Notes: a model not told the origin generated them from the letters alone. DNA of 64,000 nt from Gammaproteobacteria bacterium (GCA_965220815.1 OZ244846.1:4212538-4276537), one strand, 5' to 3'. Positions 17,975 through 28,575 are shown, counted from the first letter of the stretch. A program made the numbers and translations.

Positions 17975-18005
17975 AGTCATTACATGCCATTGTGCAGAGA
18001 CCTGC

Positions 18006-19220
18006 TCATGAGAGTTTATCCAGATACCAGCGGGTGAATTCACGATTCATCACTTCCTGCTCGGAATACGGTCCTGGCCGGTAGCGGGAAGATAATATCC
18101 CCGCCTGGTTATTTTCCGTGATAATCGCATCCTGTTTTAAGGTGACATCCCATACCCAGGACACGCGCTCCGGTACATAATCGGCCCCCTCTTCTGCATC
18201 AGCATCCACCAGCCAGATGGCTTCCACATCCGTGAGCAGTTCGGTTATGGGGGTAAACCGCAATAATACGGCATGGTCATTGGATGCGAGCAGGTAGTTC
18301 AAATAATTGAACGCCACATAGGTCACACCCCCGTCGTACTCCCTGAACTTCCCCATCAAAGTCGAAACGGGCCGGCCATCCTGACTTTCGGTTAAAAATC
18401 CTTCCTTGATTGGCATCCGGGTCATCCCCGCGCCATGATCGAAGGTACCCTCCAAGCAGGGATGTCCTAATGCCTCAACCTGAGTCCTCCAGGCGTCGAG
18501 TTCCACCGCATAGTCCCGGCATGCGGCTTCGGGTCCGGAACCCATACCCGCACCGGCAGCCAGCAATTTCAGTTCCGAATGCACGGAGCAGTATTCCGGG
18601 TGAGCCGGGACGCAGTGATAACATTCGATAAAATTCTCCACCACCAGTTTCCAGTTGGCGCGGGTCGGCAGTTCCAACCGCCGTGCGATCTTTGCGTTTT
18701 CCATTCCGTGAAAGGACAGGTATTCGCGGCACGCCTCGTCCAGGCCGTCAGGTTCGTCAAGCTCATCCCCTACGGACACAAAAATCAGACCGTCAAGCAC
18801 CTTGCTCCGGCAGGCGTGCAGACCGTACCCTTCCGCGGAAAAACCTTCGGGCATCAAGCGCGCGCTGCGCAGGCTGCCGTCCAGGTTATAGGTCCAGGCA
18901 TGGTAGGGACAGACCAGCGCGGATTTTCTCCCCTCACTGTCCAGACATACCCTTGAACCCCGGTGGCGGCAGACATTGTAGTGGGCATGGATGTCGCCGT
19001 CCCTGCCGCGTACGATAATGATTTCTTCCCCGCAGATCCTGAACAGGAAATAATCCCCGGCGGCAGGAATCCTGGAAACATGGCCGGCCAGGTGCCATAA
19101 CCGGTCCAGGACCCTTTCGCGATCGAGTGAAAATACGTCCGGGTCACCGTAAAAGGGCTGTTGCAGCGTATGGCCGGCTACATGGCTGTCGACCAGGTCC
19201 TGTATGTTTACCTTTGGCAT
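18006..19220 (-). CDS. Rieske [2Fe-2S] non-heme iron oxygenase, alpha-subunit type
   Basis: Rieske motif CRHRGSRVC...CPYHAWTY. The C-terminal catalytic domain has ECYHCVPAHPEY. Confidence 0.85.
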   Translation of the reverse strand: MPKVNIQDLVDSHVAGHTLQQPFYGDPDVFSLDRERVLDRLWHLAGHVSRIPAAGDYFLFRICGEEIIIVRGRDGDIHAHYNVCRHRGSRVCLDSEGRKSALVCPYHAWTYNLDGSLRSARLMPEGFSAEGYGLHACRSKVLDGLIFVSVGDELDEPDGLDEACREYLSFHGMENAKIARRLELPTRANWKLVVENFIECYHCVPAHPEYCSVHSELKLLAAGAGMGSGPEAACRDYAVELDAWRTQVEALGHPCLEGTFDHGAGMTRMPIKEGFLTESQDGRPVSTLMGKFREYDGGVTYVAFNYLNYLLASNDHAVLLRFTPITELLTDVEAIWLVDADAEEGADYVPERVSWVWDVTLKQDAIITENNQAGILSSRYRPGPYSEQEVMNREFTRWYLDKLS

Positions 19221-19226
19221 ACGGGT

Positions 19227-20606
19227 TTAACCTGCGCGCTTGTTGAAATCCTGTTGCGCTTTATCAAACACAACCACCAGGATACCCGCCAATTCATCGA
19301 CGTTCTCCTTGCTGAACACAAGAGGCGGAGAGATGATCAGGTTTGAGCCGACGTTCCGGATCAGCAAGCCCTCCCGGCGCGTCAGTTCCTGGAGAAGGTC
19401 AAGAAAAGGATCGCCCGGCATAAAGGATTCTTTTGATGTCTTATCCGTGACCAGTTCAATGGCCATCATCAGGCCCTTTCCCCTGATGTCACCGACAAAA
19501 TCATAATGAGCCAGTTCGTTTTTCAGCTTCGCGAGACAGTAGCTGCCCACCCGCGCGGCATTTGCCGGCAAATCCTCATCTTCCACAATCTGCAGGGCGG
19601 CATTGGCCGCCGCGCAGGCGAGCGGATGACCCGAATAGGTGTAGCCGTGCAGGATGGCGGCCAGCGGGTGCTCGGAATCCCAGGCCTGGCGCACGCGTTC
19701 ATTGACCACCGTCGCGCCCAGCGGGATGTAACCGGAGTTGATGCCCTTTGCCAGGCACATGATGTCGGGTTTGACGCCCCAGCCGCGGCAGCCGAACATG
19801 CTGCCGCTGCGGCCGAACCCCGTCACGACCTCGTCGGCAATGAGCAATACGCCGTACTTGTCGCAGACTTCCCTGACCAGCGGCCAGTAGTTGTCCGGCG
19901 GTACGATCACGCCGCCGGCGCCCTGTACCGGTTCGGCAATGAACGCGGCAACCGTATGAGGGCCCTGGTGCAGGATCTCCCGCTCCAGCAGGTCGGCACA
20001 GATCTTGCCCAGTTCCTCGGGATCATCCGACCAGGGGTTGCGGTACAGCCAGGGGGTATCGACCTGGAAACAGCCGGGCAGCACCGGTTCGTACATGGAA
20101 CGGAGAAACATCTGGCCGCCGATGGACGTGCCGCCGAAATGCACTCCGTGATAACCCTGTTTCAGCGAGATGAATTTTGAGCGTTGCGCTTCGCCGGACA
20201 GTTTCCAGTATTGGCGCGCCAGTTTCAGCGCGGTCTCGTTCGCATCCGAACCCCCGGAACTGAAGAAGGCCCGGCGCATGTCCTCCGGCGCAAGCATCCG
20301 TACAAGCCGCTCCGCAAGTTCGATGACGGGCAGGTTGCTGGTGTCGCCGAATGTGGTGTAGTAAGGAAGTTTTTCCAGTTGGGCATTGATGGCCTGCTTC
20401 ACCTCTTCACGCCCGTGTCCGACATTGACACACCATAAGCCGCCCTGTGAATCCAGGTACTGCTTCCCTTCAGTGTCATAGATATAAACGCCTTCGGCGC
20501 GCTCGAATACCAGGGGCGATGACTGTTCTGCCGCTCTGGGATCGGCCATCGGGTGCCAGTGGTGGGCCGGTGGTTGTTGGAGTTTCAGTTTTGCGATATT
20601 TTCCAT
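19227..20606 (-). CDS. Class III (omega) aminotransferase, PLP-dependent
   Basis: 459 aa with GGSDANE, LLIADEVVTGFGRSG and PDIMCLAKGINSGYIPLG (PLP lysine). Confidence 0.85.
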   Translation of the reverse strand: MENIAKLKLQQPPAHHWHPMADPRAAEQSSPLVFERAEGVYIYDTEGKQYLDSQGGLWCVNVGHGREEVKQAINAQLEKLPYYTTFGDTSNLPVIELAERLVRMLAPEDMRRAFFSSGGSDANETALKLARQYWKLSGEAQRSKFISLKQGYHGVHFGGTSIGGQMFLRSMYEPVLPGCFQVDTPWLYRNPWSDDPEELGKICADLLEREILHQGPHTVAAFIAEPVQGAGGVIVPPDNYWPLVREVCDKYGVLLIADEVVTGFGRSGSMFGCRGWGVKPDIMCLAKGINSGYIPLGATVVNERVRQAWDSEHPLAAILHGYTYSGHPLACAAANAALQIVEDEDLPANAARVGSYCLAKLKNELAHYDFVGDIRGKGLMMAIELVTDKTSKESFMPGDPFLDLLQELTRREGLLIRNVGSNLIISPPLVFSKENVDELAGILVVVFDKAQQDFNKRAG

Positions 20607-20626
20607 TTTGATTCACCTCGCGTAGT

Positions 20627-22249
20627 TCAGGATGATACGTGTTGATCGGCTATACGCTTCACGGCGTCGACCGCGTTCTGCTTCAGCCTGCGTTTATCGG
20701 GTTTGTTGTTGGGCAGCAACGGCAATGACGTTTCAATTGCGATATGCTTCGGGATCTTGTAATTGGCGAGATACTGCCGGCAATGATCCACCAGGGATTG
20801 CTCGTCAACGGACCGTCCCGGGGTCAGGGTTACGAATGCGTAACCGGCTTCACCATAGATCGGATCGGGCGCGCCTACAACACAGGACAGGACAGTCGCC
20901 GGGTGAGATTCGAGTACCTGTTCGATTTCCTTCGGGTAGACGTTATAGCCGCCGGACTTGTACATATCGGATAACCGTCCGGCCAGTACGATATTGCCGT
21001 CGTCGCGTTCTACGGCCACATCTCTGGTATGCAGCCAGCCTGCTTTATCGATGGCCTGCGCGGTCGCTTCCGGTAAGCGCCAGTATTCTTTCATGAGAAA
21101 CGGACCGCGCAGGAGAATTTCACCCGGTTCGCCTTTTTGCACTTCCCTGCCGTGCTCATCAACCAGGCGAAATTCGCAATCATCAAGGGGCTTGCCGATA
21201 CTTTCCGCCAGCAGTTCGATATTATCCGTAGAGGGGATGGCCGTCGCCGCGCCGGCGGCTTCCGTCAGGGCGTACATGGTGGTGACAGCGGGGCATATGT
21301 CCCTTACCAGGCGTTCCAGTAACGGTTTCGATACGGCGCCTCCGCTGACGGAGATTTCTCTGATGGATGATAAGTCCGTAGCGGTAAAACCAGGGTGATC
21401 CAGCACCTTTTGCAACATGACAGGCACGCCGCCCCAGATACTGATGCGTTTTCCCTCAATTGTCCTGAGCGCCACTTCGGGGTCGAACTTTTCCAGGTAA
21501 TGACCTGTGCCGCCGGTAACCAGACAGTACACCGAACAGGCGATGATCCCGGCAATATGATTGATGGGATAAGCGTTAATCATTCTGACAGCGCCGGATG
21601 AACGGAGCGACATTTGTACATGTGCGTGGCGGATGGCGCCGTAGTGATGCAACACGGCCCCTTTCGGCTTACCCGTCGTCCCGGACGTATAAACAAGAAA
21701 AGCCGCATCCATACTCGTGACGCGACTTTGTGCCCCGGCAAGGACGTCATCGCCGATTTTGTCACTGTTCAGAAGAAAATCGTTATATGTACAGGCAGGC
21801 GCGCGGGCAGACCCGTCGCCAAGCCCGATGACGCGCTCGACACTCCCCACCCTGCTACTGACGTCCAGCATCTCCTCCAGGTATTGCCGATTGCCAATCC
21901 GGTTCCTGGTAAAAATGAGCGACGGTTCTGAATCGGTAATCACGTGTTCCAGTTCCGCGCGGCTGTAACGTGGGTTCAGACCCAGCCAGATACCGCCGAT
22001 CGCCGTCGTCGCCAGCAAAATAATGAAGTAATCCGGATGCGGTGGGGAGAGTGTCGCCACCCGGTCCCCTTTTCCGATGCCGAGCGCCAGCAATGCCCGG
22101 GCGCAGTCTTCCACGCGATCAAGCAGGGCAGCATACGAGAGCATGTCATCCCCGATACCAACAGCCACCTTCTCCGGTGTTTCACCGGCATGGTGATAAA
22201 GGTAATCGATGATACGTTTATCTTTAAACTGTGCCGGATCGACTTTCAT
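20627..22249 (-). CDS. AMP-dependent acyl-CoA synthetase/ligase
   Basis: 540 aa with the AMP-binding signature LVYTSGTTGKPKGAVL and a C-terminal GWLHTRDV...SGGYNVYPKEIE. Confidence 0.85.
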   Translation of the reverse strand: MKVDPAQFKDKRIIDYLYHHAGETPEKVAVGIGDDMLSYAALLDRVEDCARALLALGIGKGDRVATLSPPHPDYFIILLATTAIGGIWLGLNPRYSRAELEHVITDSEPSLIFTRNRIGNRQYLEEMLDVSSRVGSVERVIGLGDGSARAPACTYNDFLLNSDKIGDDVLAGAQSRVTSMDAAFLVYTSGTTGKPKGAVLHHYGAIRHAHVQMSLRSSGAVRMINAYPINHIAGIIACSVYCLVTGGTGHYLEKFDPEVALRTIEGKRISIWGGVPVMLQKVLDHPGFTATDLSSIREISVSGGAVSKPLLERLVRDICPAVTTMYALTEAAGAATAIPSTDNIELLAESIGKPLDDCEFRLVDEHGREVQKGEPGEILLRGPFLMKEYWRLPEATAQAIDKAGWLHTRDVAVERDDGNIVLAGRLSDMYKSGGYNVYPKEIEQVLESHPATVLSCVVGAPDPIYGEAGYAFVTLTPGRSVDEQSLVDHCRQYLANYKIPKHIAIETSLPLLPNNKPDKRRLKQNAVDAVKRIADQHVSS

Positions 22250-22257
22250 GACTGTCG

Positions 22258-24261
22258 TCAGATCAGACCCAGCGCCTGGCGCGCGGCCCGCTCACCTTCT
22301 TCGATGCCGCGTGACCAGAGTTGCTGGCCGGACAATTCGGAGTGGCCGATGGTGACACGGCCGTAACCCTCCCGGACCACGTCGCGCGGCGCCGGCGCGC
22401 CGTTATTACCGAAATAAAATCCCGGTTGCGGCGCGATGTAGGCGTGTCCCCAGCGGTTCAGGACGATCGCGGCGATATCCTGTTTCGCATCGAACCCGGC
22501 CATGCCGAACAGTTTCTGCATCTGCCGGCGCACCTGGATCTCTATTGAACGGTAACTGCCGGCAAACAACTGGTAGCGGCCCAGTACCGTCTGTTCCTTG
22601 AGCGGCACGCCGGGGCTGAGATACGGGACATAAAAAGTCAATACGGTGGGTTTGGCCGGGTCCAGCGGATCGGCTTTGCCGCCGATCACCATCTGCCGCC
22701 GCAGGTTGGTGTACCAGCCGAAGCCGCTGAACCACTGGGCCGCGGAGATCCCCAGGCGCTCCATGAATTGCCAGTTGCGCACTGCCACGTTTACCGTCAG
22801 CATCGGCGCATGGTAGAACTGCGCATAGGCATCCCGGTGCGGCGCCGGCAGGTCACGCAATATATGCCGGTTGACCCAGCCGCCACTGGCCATCACGACC
22901 GAGCGGGCCCGGACACGGTAGAGCCTGCCGCCCTTGTGGTAAACCACGTTCACGAACTCTGAGCTGTCCGGTGTACCGTTATGCTCTACGTGGACGGCCG
23001 TTGCATCGAGGCGGATGCGTACCTGTTGTCCAGGCCGGTCGAGGGCCTGCCAGTTCACGTTGCCCCATAACACGTCCTTCAGATCGCGGCCGCCGGCGAT
23101 TGAATCCGGGATCATGGCCTTGACAAAATGGCGCGCGGTGCCGGTGTTGCCGCCGGGCCAGCTTACCAGCGAAATCCGGTGGACATCGGCAGGGTCGATT
23201 CCACGCGTTTCGTAATAGCGGTCGGTAAACGCACGCGGGCCGGGCAGGTAGAAATCAAACGCCGTATATGCGGATATCTGGTCACCGCCCAGGCCACCCC
23301 CCGCCGCGGCAAAAGCCTTGTCGACAAATGGCAGTATTCCGGGTGAACAACCCATTTCCCTGACAACGAAGTCACGGTAAGTCATGGAATCCAGCCAGGG
23401 CTCCCAGTCTTCCCGGTCCGGCGGCGTGTAATAATTTTCCAGCCGTAACAGGTCCTGTCTTACCCTGTCCGTTAACGGCGCATCCTTGAAATCGTTCGCC
23501 CAGGGATTAATTATCCATTCTCCGCCCTGGTCATTGTCGAAAAAATAGCCTGTTGTCGCACCACCCCGGTCACTGTACATGGACGTATAGTGGTCTGCAG
23601 GGACAGCCAACCCGCGCTGACTGCCGGTAACTTCCTGGAATTCAAACGAGTCGGGCAAACCGAGATCGTGCCAGTAACGATGGAACAGGCCGTATTTCTC
23701 GGCGTATTTCGGCGGCCAGATCATCCCGTTGGAGCCCTGTGGCGCGGTCAGGTGGTAGCCGTCCACCTTGAATTCATTCTGCTTTGCTTCTCCCCCGAAA
23801 ATGGAATGATTGTCCAGCAGCAGGCACGACTGGTTTTTTTCGGCTTCCCTGGTAAAGGTATAGGCAGCCCCCAGACCGGCGAAACCGCCACCCACGATCA
23901 CCATATCGAATATCTCTCCGCTATCTTCGGCGTCGGGGACCGAGGATTGATAACGGCCGTCCCGAATACCGTGGGCGGCGTTGACGACCTCTGCGGTGTT
24001 GCCGTTGGCGCGGGCGTAGTCGCCGACCCCGCCGTAGCCGGTCCAGTCTTCGCCCACGTGAGGAAGCACGGCCTGGGCAGATGCGGTACGCAACAGGCCC
24101 GGCGCCTGCATACCCAGAAGCGCCGCGCCGCTGCCGATCAGGCCGGTGTTGATAAAATCGCGCCGGGTGATGTCGGCGCCCAGCCCGAGTTCGTCCAATT
24201 CATGGTTGTTCCTGTGTTTATCCATCTCTGGTAGACTCCGCGTTGTGTTGCAACAATACAA
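22258..24261 (-). CDS. Tat-exported FAD-dependent amine oxidoreductase (spermidine-dehydrogenase-like)
   Basis: 667 aa. Twin-arginine signal ITRRDFINTGLIGSGAALLG. Rossmann motif DMVIVGGGFAGLGAAY. The specific substrate is only an inference. Confidence 0.7.
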   Translation of the reverse strand: MYCCNTTRSLPEMDKHRNNHELDELGLGADITRRDFINTGLIGSGAALLGMQAPGLLRTASAQAVLPHVGEDWTGYGGVGDYARANGNTAEVVNAAHGIRDGRYQSSVPDAEDSGEIFDMVIVGGGFAGLGAAYTFTREAEKNQSCLLLDNHSIFGGEAKQNEFKVDGYHLTAPQGSNGMIWPPKYAEKYGLFHRYWHDLGLPDSFEFQEVTGSQRGLAVPADHYTSMYSDRGGATTGYFFDNDQGGEWIINPWANDFKDAPLTDRVRQDLLRLENYYTPPDREDWEPWLDSMTYRDFVVREMGCSPGILPFVDKAFAAAGGGLGGDQISAYTAFDFYLPGPRAFTDRYYETRGIDPADVHRISLVSWPGGNTGTARHFVKAMIPDSIAGGRDLKDVLWGNVNWQALDRPGQQVRIRLDATAVHVEHNGTPDSSEFVNVVYHKGGRLYRVRARSVVMASGGWVNRHILRDLPAPHRDAYAQFYHAPMLTVNVAVRNWQFMERLGISAAQWFSGFGWYTNLRRQMVIGGKADPLDPAKPTVLTFYVPYLSPGVPLKEQTVLGRYQLFAGSYRSIEIQVRRQMQKLFGMAGFDAKQDIAAIVLNRWGHAYIAPQPGFYFGNNGAPAPRDVVREGYGRVTIGHSELSGQQLWSRGIEEGERAARQALGLI

Positions 24262-24276
24262 ATCCGCGTGTTTTTA

Positions 24277-24303
24277 TTGACACGCTATAATTAATTCTAT
24301 AAT
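24277..24303 (+). promoter_or_regulatory. Candidate sigma70 promoter for the TonB-dependent receptor gene
   Basis: TTGACA at 24277-24282 and TATAAT at 24298-24303. The spacer is only 15 nt, so this is weak. Palindrome GTGCG-N5-CGCAC at 24328-24342 lies downstream. Confidence 0.3.
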
Positions 24304-24402
24304 ATTACGGACGGATAGCGCTCTTTTGTGCGTTATGCGCACTTTTATAGTGTAACAGGTTTTTTTTAATTTTACGAGAAATACACTCGGGGACCAAACA
24401 TC

Positions 24403-26682
24403 ATGAAGTTACGGCTTATTTCATCAGTGACAACAAAATACGTAACGGGTTTGCTGTTCTGCACAGGTTTGCTGGGCTCGTCCGCATACTCGGCTGTGCT
24501 TGAAGAGGTGGTAGTGACGGCGCAGAAACGGGAACAGAGCCTGCAGGACGTGGGCATTTCCGTCACGGCTTTCAGCGGTAACCAGATCCGGGAACTGGGA
24601 TATACGAATACCATTGATATCGCTGCGCAGACGCCCGGGTTGGGGATAATCCAGTATCACCCGACACTGACTACGACCAACATCCGCGGCATCTCTCAAA
24701 ATGATTTTGCCGACCACCTGGAGCCCCCTATCGCGATGTACGTCGATGAGGCCTATGTCAGCGCCATGGGCGCCGGCCATACGCAACTGTATGACTTGGA
24801 GCGAGTGGAAGTATTGCGCGGCCCGCAGGGCACCCTGTTCGGACGCAACGCGACCGGCGGTTTGCTGCACTATGTCAGTGCCGGACCTACTGAAACTCCC
24901 GAGGGATATGTAGAATTTACCTATGGTTCTTATGATCAAAAGAAATTTGAAGGCGCGCTCAGCGGACCGCTGGGCGAGAACTTGCTGGCGCGTGTCTCAT
25001 TCGCAGGAAATTTTCATGATGGCGTAGCGGAGAACCGTATCGGACCTGATGTGCGCGGCAGCGATCATTATGCCTTGCGCGGCCAACTGGAATTCCGTCC
25101 CGCTGACAACGTCACGCTGAACCTGAAAGCGCATTATGCCAATGATGACGACGAACACGGCAATGCCTACACGCATACACCTATCTCGGCAAATGAAGAC
25201 GGCCTCGGTTATGAAATCAGCGCCGATTCCCTGGTAAACGGGTTCTGTCCGGGATGCGACTTTTACGGTTACCGGGATCCCGATGACGATCCCTACACCA
25301 ATTCCTACGATTATATCGGGGAATTCCGCCGGTCAATTGCCGGTGTTACCGGCAAATTGAGCTGGGACATGGGCGGCATCACCCTGACATCCATTACCGA
25401 TTACCTGCAAATGAATAAAAACTATGGTGAAGACACGGATGGTTCTCCCAATCCCGTATTCGTATTTATTACCGACCAGGATTTTGAACAGTTCTCCCAG
25501 GAACTGAGATTATACGGTGAGGCGGGTGAGAATCTGCGCTGGACCACCGGGTTTTATTACCTGGATATTGAACATGCCGGCAATCTCAATTACTTTCTTG
25601 ACCTGCCCTTCTTTTCCCCAACGTATTCCTTTGGGGAACCGACTTCTTATATTTCAGGGCCGACGACTAATAACGTAGAGACGGAATCCTGGGCCATATT
25701 CGGCCACCTGGAGTACGACTTTAACGAACAATGGGGCGTCATCGCGGCCTTGCGTTACACGGAAGATAAGAAAGATACGGTGTTCCAGTCAGCTGACGTC
25801 CTGGGGGGCAACGTCACCGGCCTGGGATTTACTCTCACTATCCCGTTTGACCTGTCGACCGATCCGGATTTCGACTTGTTCGACCAAAGCTTTGAAAACG
25901 TGTCCGCCAAGTTCGAAATCGACTGGCGCCCGACTGAAGACACCCTGGTATTTGCCAGCTTCAACCGCGGTCACAAAGCCGGTGGCTCGCGCGTGGTGGC
26001 AGGCGGCAATCCGACCACTGCCATACCGACGTTTCCCCATGATGAAGAAGTGTTGCACAGTTGGGAGCTTGGCTTTAAAACCACTTTGTTCGACGGACGG
26101 GCACAGTTGAATGCCAACGCATTTTATTACGATTACCAGGACTACCAGGCTTTTGTTGTCATTCCGGGTGCGATACCGGCTTCGCTGACCATTATCAACC
26201 TGGATGCGGAAGCGGTCGGCGGCGAGGTCGAATTGACGCTGCAGCCCACCGAACGCTGGGGTTTTCGTTTCGGCGCATCATTTGAAGACAGTGAAGTGAA
26301 GGATGTCCTGCTCCCCAGCGGGCGCTTCGTCGATAATGACCTGCCCTACGCTCCTTCGTTCACCTTGAACGGGCTGGCCCGGTATGAATGGCCGGCCCTC
26401 GGCGGTACCTTGGCGATCCAGGGTGATTTCAACTATTCGGAAGATTTCTGTTTCAGTGTACTGTGTGCGCCGCTGGACCAGGAAGATTCCTTCGTGATTG
26501 GGAATTTCCGTGTCAGCTATACGTCAGGGGATGAAAGTTGGAAACTGGCTGCTTTTGTCAATAACGTGAGCGATACGGAGTACCGCCTGTACACGCTGGA
26601 CATCAGTGGGCTGTCCATTGGAAACGATGCCTACGCGCATCCACGCTGGGCCGGCGGCACCATTACCTATAGCTGGCAGTAA
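24403..26682 (+). CDS. TonB-dependent outer-membrane receptor
   Basis: 759 aa with a signal peptide, plug-domain start LEEVVVTAQKREQSLQDVGISV, and beta-barrel repeats to the C-terminus. Confidence 0.85.
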   Translation: MKLRLISSVTTKYVTGLLFCTGLLGSSAYSAVLEEVVVTAQKREQSLQDVGISVTAFSGNQIRELGYTNTIDIAAQTPGLGIIQYHPTLTTTNIRGISQNDFADHLEPPIAMYVDEAYVSAMGAGHTQLYDLERVEVLRGPQGTLFGRNATGGLLHYVSAGPTETPEGYVEFTYGSYDQKKFEGALSGPLGENLLARVSFAGNFHDGVAENRIGPDVRGSDHYALRGQLEFRPADNVTLNLKAHYANDDDEHGNAYTHTPISANEDGLGYEISADSLVNGFCPGCDFYGYRDPDDDPYTNSYDYIGEFRRSIAGVTGKLSWDMGGITLTSITDYLQMNKNYGEDTDGSPNPVFVFITDQDFEQFSQELRLYGEAGENLRWTTGFYYLDIEHAGNLNYFLDLPFFSPTYSFGEPTSYISGPTTNNVETESWAIFGHLEYDFNEQWGVIAALRYTEDKKDTVFQSADVLGGNVTGLGFTLTIPFDLSTDPDFDLFDQSFENVSAKFEIDWRPTEDTLVFASFNRGHKAGGSRVVAGGNPTTAIPTFPHDEEVLHSWELGFKTTLFDGRAQLNANAFYYDYQDYQAFVVIPGAIPASLTIINLDAEAVGGEVELTLQPTERWGFRFGASFEDSEVKDVLLPSGRFVDNDLPYAPSFTLNGLARYEWPALGGTLAIQGDFNYSEDFCFSVLCAPLDQEDSFVIGNFRVSYTSGDESWKLAAFVNNVSDTEYRLYTLDISGLSIGNDAYAHPRWAGGTITYSWQ

Positions 26683-26707
26683 ATTCCAGTACCCGCAACT
26701 GATGCCC

Positions 26708-26814
26708 GGGATCAGAGTAGTGTCACAGAGACAATGGGGACGGATTTTAAATCCGTCCCCGACATGCTAGATTCAGGGGTCAGAGTATGCTTGCTCTGAC
26801 CTCGCTCTGACCTC
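26708..26814. repeat. Composite of repeat families 1 and 2
   Basis: gggatcagagtag at 26708-26720, ggggacggattttaaatccgtcccc at 26736-26760, ggggtcagagta at 26776-26787, and degenerate right arms ctctgacctc at 26794-26803 and 26805-26814. Confidence 0.8.
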
Positions 26815-26837
26815 GAATATCCCGGCCCCATAAATCC

Positions 26838-28433
26838 ATGGCTACAAACACAACGTATGACGCCGTCATCATCGGCGCCGGCCACAACGGGTTGACCTGC
26901 GCCAACTACCTGGCCCGCAAGGGGCTGAAAGTGAAAGTAGTCGAACGCCGCCACGTGGTCGGCGGCGCGGTCGTCACGGAAGAGTTCCATCCCGGTTACC
27001 GCAATTCAACCTGTTCCTATGCGGTGAGCCTGCTCAATCCCAAAGTGATCCGCGACCTGGAGCTGCAGAAATACGGATTGGAAATCAAAGACAGGGAATT
27101 TACTGCCCTCGTGCTTGGCGCAAATGATACATACCTGTTTACCGACAGAAATCTCGAGCAGTTTGTCGCGCAGTTACGCCAGGCCCGCCCGGGAGATGAC
27201 GAGGCCTACCGCGAATATAACACGGTGATCCAGCAGGTCGCCGACGTATTGCGGGACATGGTGCTGGAGACGCCGCCGAATATCGGCGGCGGGTTAACGG
27301 ACCTGTGGCGCGCCGGGAAACTGGCCAACAGGATGCGGCGCCTGGACCCTGCTCTGCAACGGGAAACGATCAAGCTGTTTACCATGAGTGTGGGGGATTA
27401 CCTGAAACAGTGGTTCGGCGGGGACCTGATACTGGCGCTGGAGAGTTATATCGCCATGGTGGGTAACATGCAATCGGTTTACGCCGGCGGTTCGGCCTAC
27501 GTGTTGCTGCACCACATGTTTGGTGAGGTGAACGGGCAGAAAGGGCGCTGGGGGCATGTTACGGGCGGGATGGGCGGCATCACCCAGGCGATGGCAAAGT
27601 CTGCCGAGGCACAGGGCGTAGAGATTGAAGTCAGCGCGCCTGTCAAGGAAGTAGTCGTAAAAAATAATCGGGCCTGTGGCGTAAAACTGGAAGACGGACG
27701 GGAGATCCGTGCAAAAGTCACTGCGGCGAACGTCAATCCGAAACTGCTGTTCCAGAGACTGGTGAACCAGGAATACCTGGAAGCGGATTTCAGCCGCCAG
27801 ATCGATCATTACCGCTGTGTCTCCGGCACGTTTCGCATGAACGTAGCGCTGGACGAACTGCCGCGGTTTCGTTGTCTCGACGGGAAACCGGATTATGAGC
27901 GTTACCTGCAGGGAAGCATTTTCGTCACCAACTCAATGCAGTACAACGAACGGGCTTATCAGGACGCCGTGAACCTGGGTTGGTCCCGGAAGCCCATCGT
28001 CCACATGATGATTCCCTCGCTGTACGATAATACCCTGGCGCCCGACGGTAAACACGTTGCCAGTATGTTTTGCCAACACTTCAACCCGGTATTGCCGGAC
28101 GGCAAAAACTGGGATGATGTCAAAGAACAGGTCGCGGATTTGCTCATCAATACCGTCAATGATTACGCACCCAATTTCAAGCAGGCAATTGTTGGCCGGA
28201 TGGCGCTCAGTCCGCTGGACCTGGAACGGGAGTTCGGACTGACCGGTGGCGATATCTTCCACGGTTGCGTCCAGCCCGACCAACTCTTCTCACTGAGGCC
28301 GGTAGCCGGTTATGCCGATTACCGGATGCCGGTTAAAGGCCTTTACCTGTGTGGTTCCGGCGCACACCCCGGCGGCGGGGTAACCGGCTGCCCGGGACAT
28401 AACGCGGCGCATGAGATCCTGAAGGATCTCTGA
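26838..28433 (+). CDS. CrtI/phytoene-desaturase-family NAD(P)/FAD-dependent oxidoreductase
   Basis: 531 aa with N-terminal YDAVIIGAGHNGLTCANYLARKG and C-terminal LYLCGSGAHPGGGVTG. Confidence 0.8.
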   Translation: MATNTTYDAVIIGAGHNGLTCANYLARKGLKVKVVERRHVVGGAVVTEEFHPGYRNSTCSYAVSLLNPKVIRDLELQKYGLEIKDREFTALVLGANDTYLFTDRNLEQFVAQLRQARPGDDEAYREYNTVIQQVADVLRDMVLETPPNIGGGLTDLWRAGKLANRMRRLDPALQRETIKLFTMSVGDYLKQWFGGDLILALESYIAMVGNMQSVYAGGSAYVLLHHMFGEVNGQKGRWGHVTGGMGGITQAMAKSAEAQGVEIEVSAPVKEVVVKNNRACGVKLEDGREIRAKVTAANVNPKLLFQRLVNQEYLEADFSRQIDHYRCVSGTFRMNVALDELPRFRCLDGKPDYERYLQGSIFVTNSMQYNERAYQDAVNLGWSRKPIVHMMIPSLYDNTLAPDGKHVASMFCQHFNPVLPDGKNWDDVKEQVADLLINTVNDYAPNFKQAIVGRMALSPLDLEREFGLTGGDIFHGCVQPDQLFSLRPVAGYADYRMPVKGLYLCGSGAHPGGGVTGCPGHNAAHEILKDL

Positions 28434-28447
28434 TTTTCAGGTATTTT

Positions 28448-28480
28448 GAGTATCAGAGTATAATTCGAAGAATGTTACCC
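28448..28480. repeat. Degenerate REP family 1 copy
   Basis: gagtatcagagtataattcgaagaatgttaccc, compared with the canonical ggggtcagagtaagaaattcgaagacattactctgacccc. Confidence 0.45.
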
Positions 28481-28575
28481 TTGGATTAGACGTCCGGATG
28501 TGCCTGCTGGTTGGGGCATACCTGATCTGTCCCTTCCAGCTCTTCGCCGTTAGAGAAATTTTGAGTTGTCATTCT

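Noticed and set aside
24277-24303. Strong-looking TTGACA/TATAAT promoter upstream of the TonB-dependent receptor.
   Set aside because: It is not fully rejected and is kept as a low-confidence feature. The spacer is 15 nt rather than 16-18, and the region is AT-rich, so hexamer matches can arise by chance.
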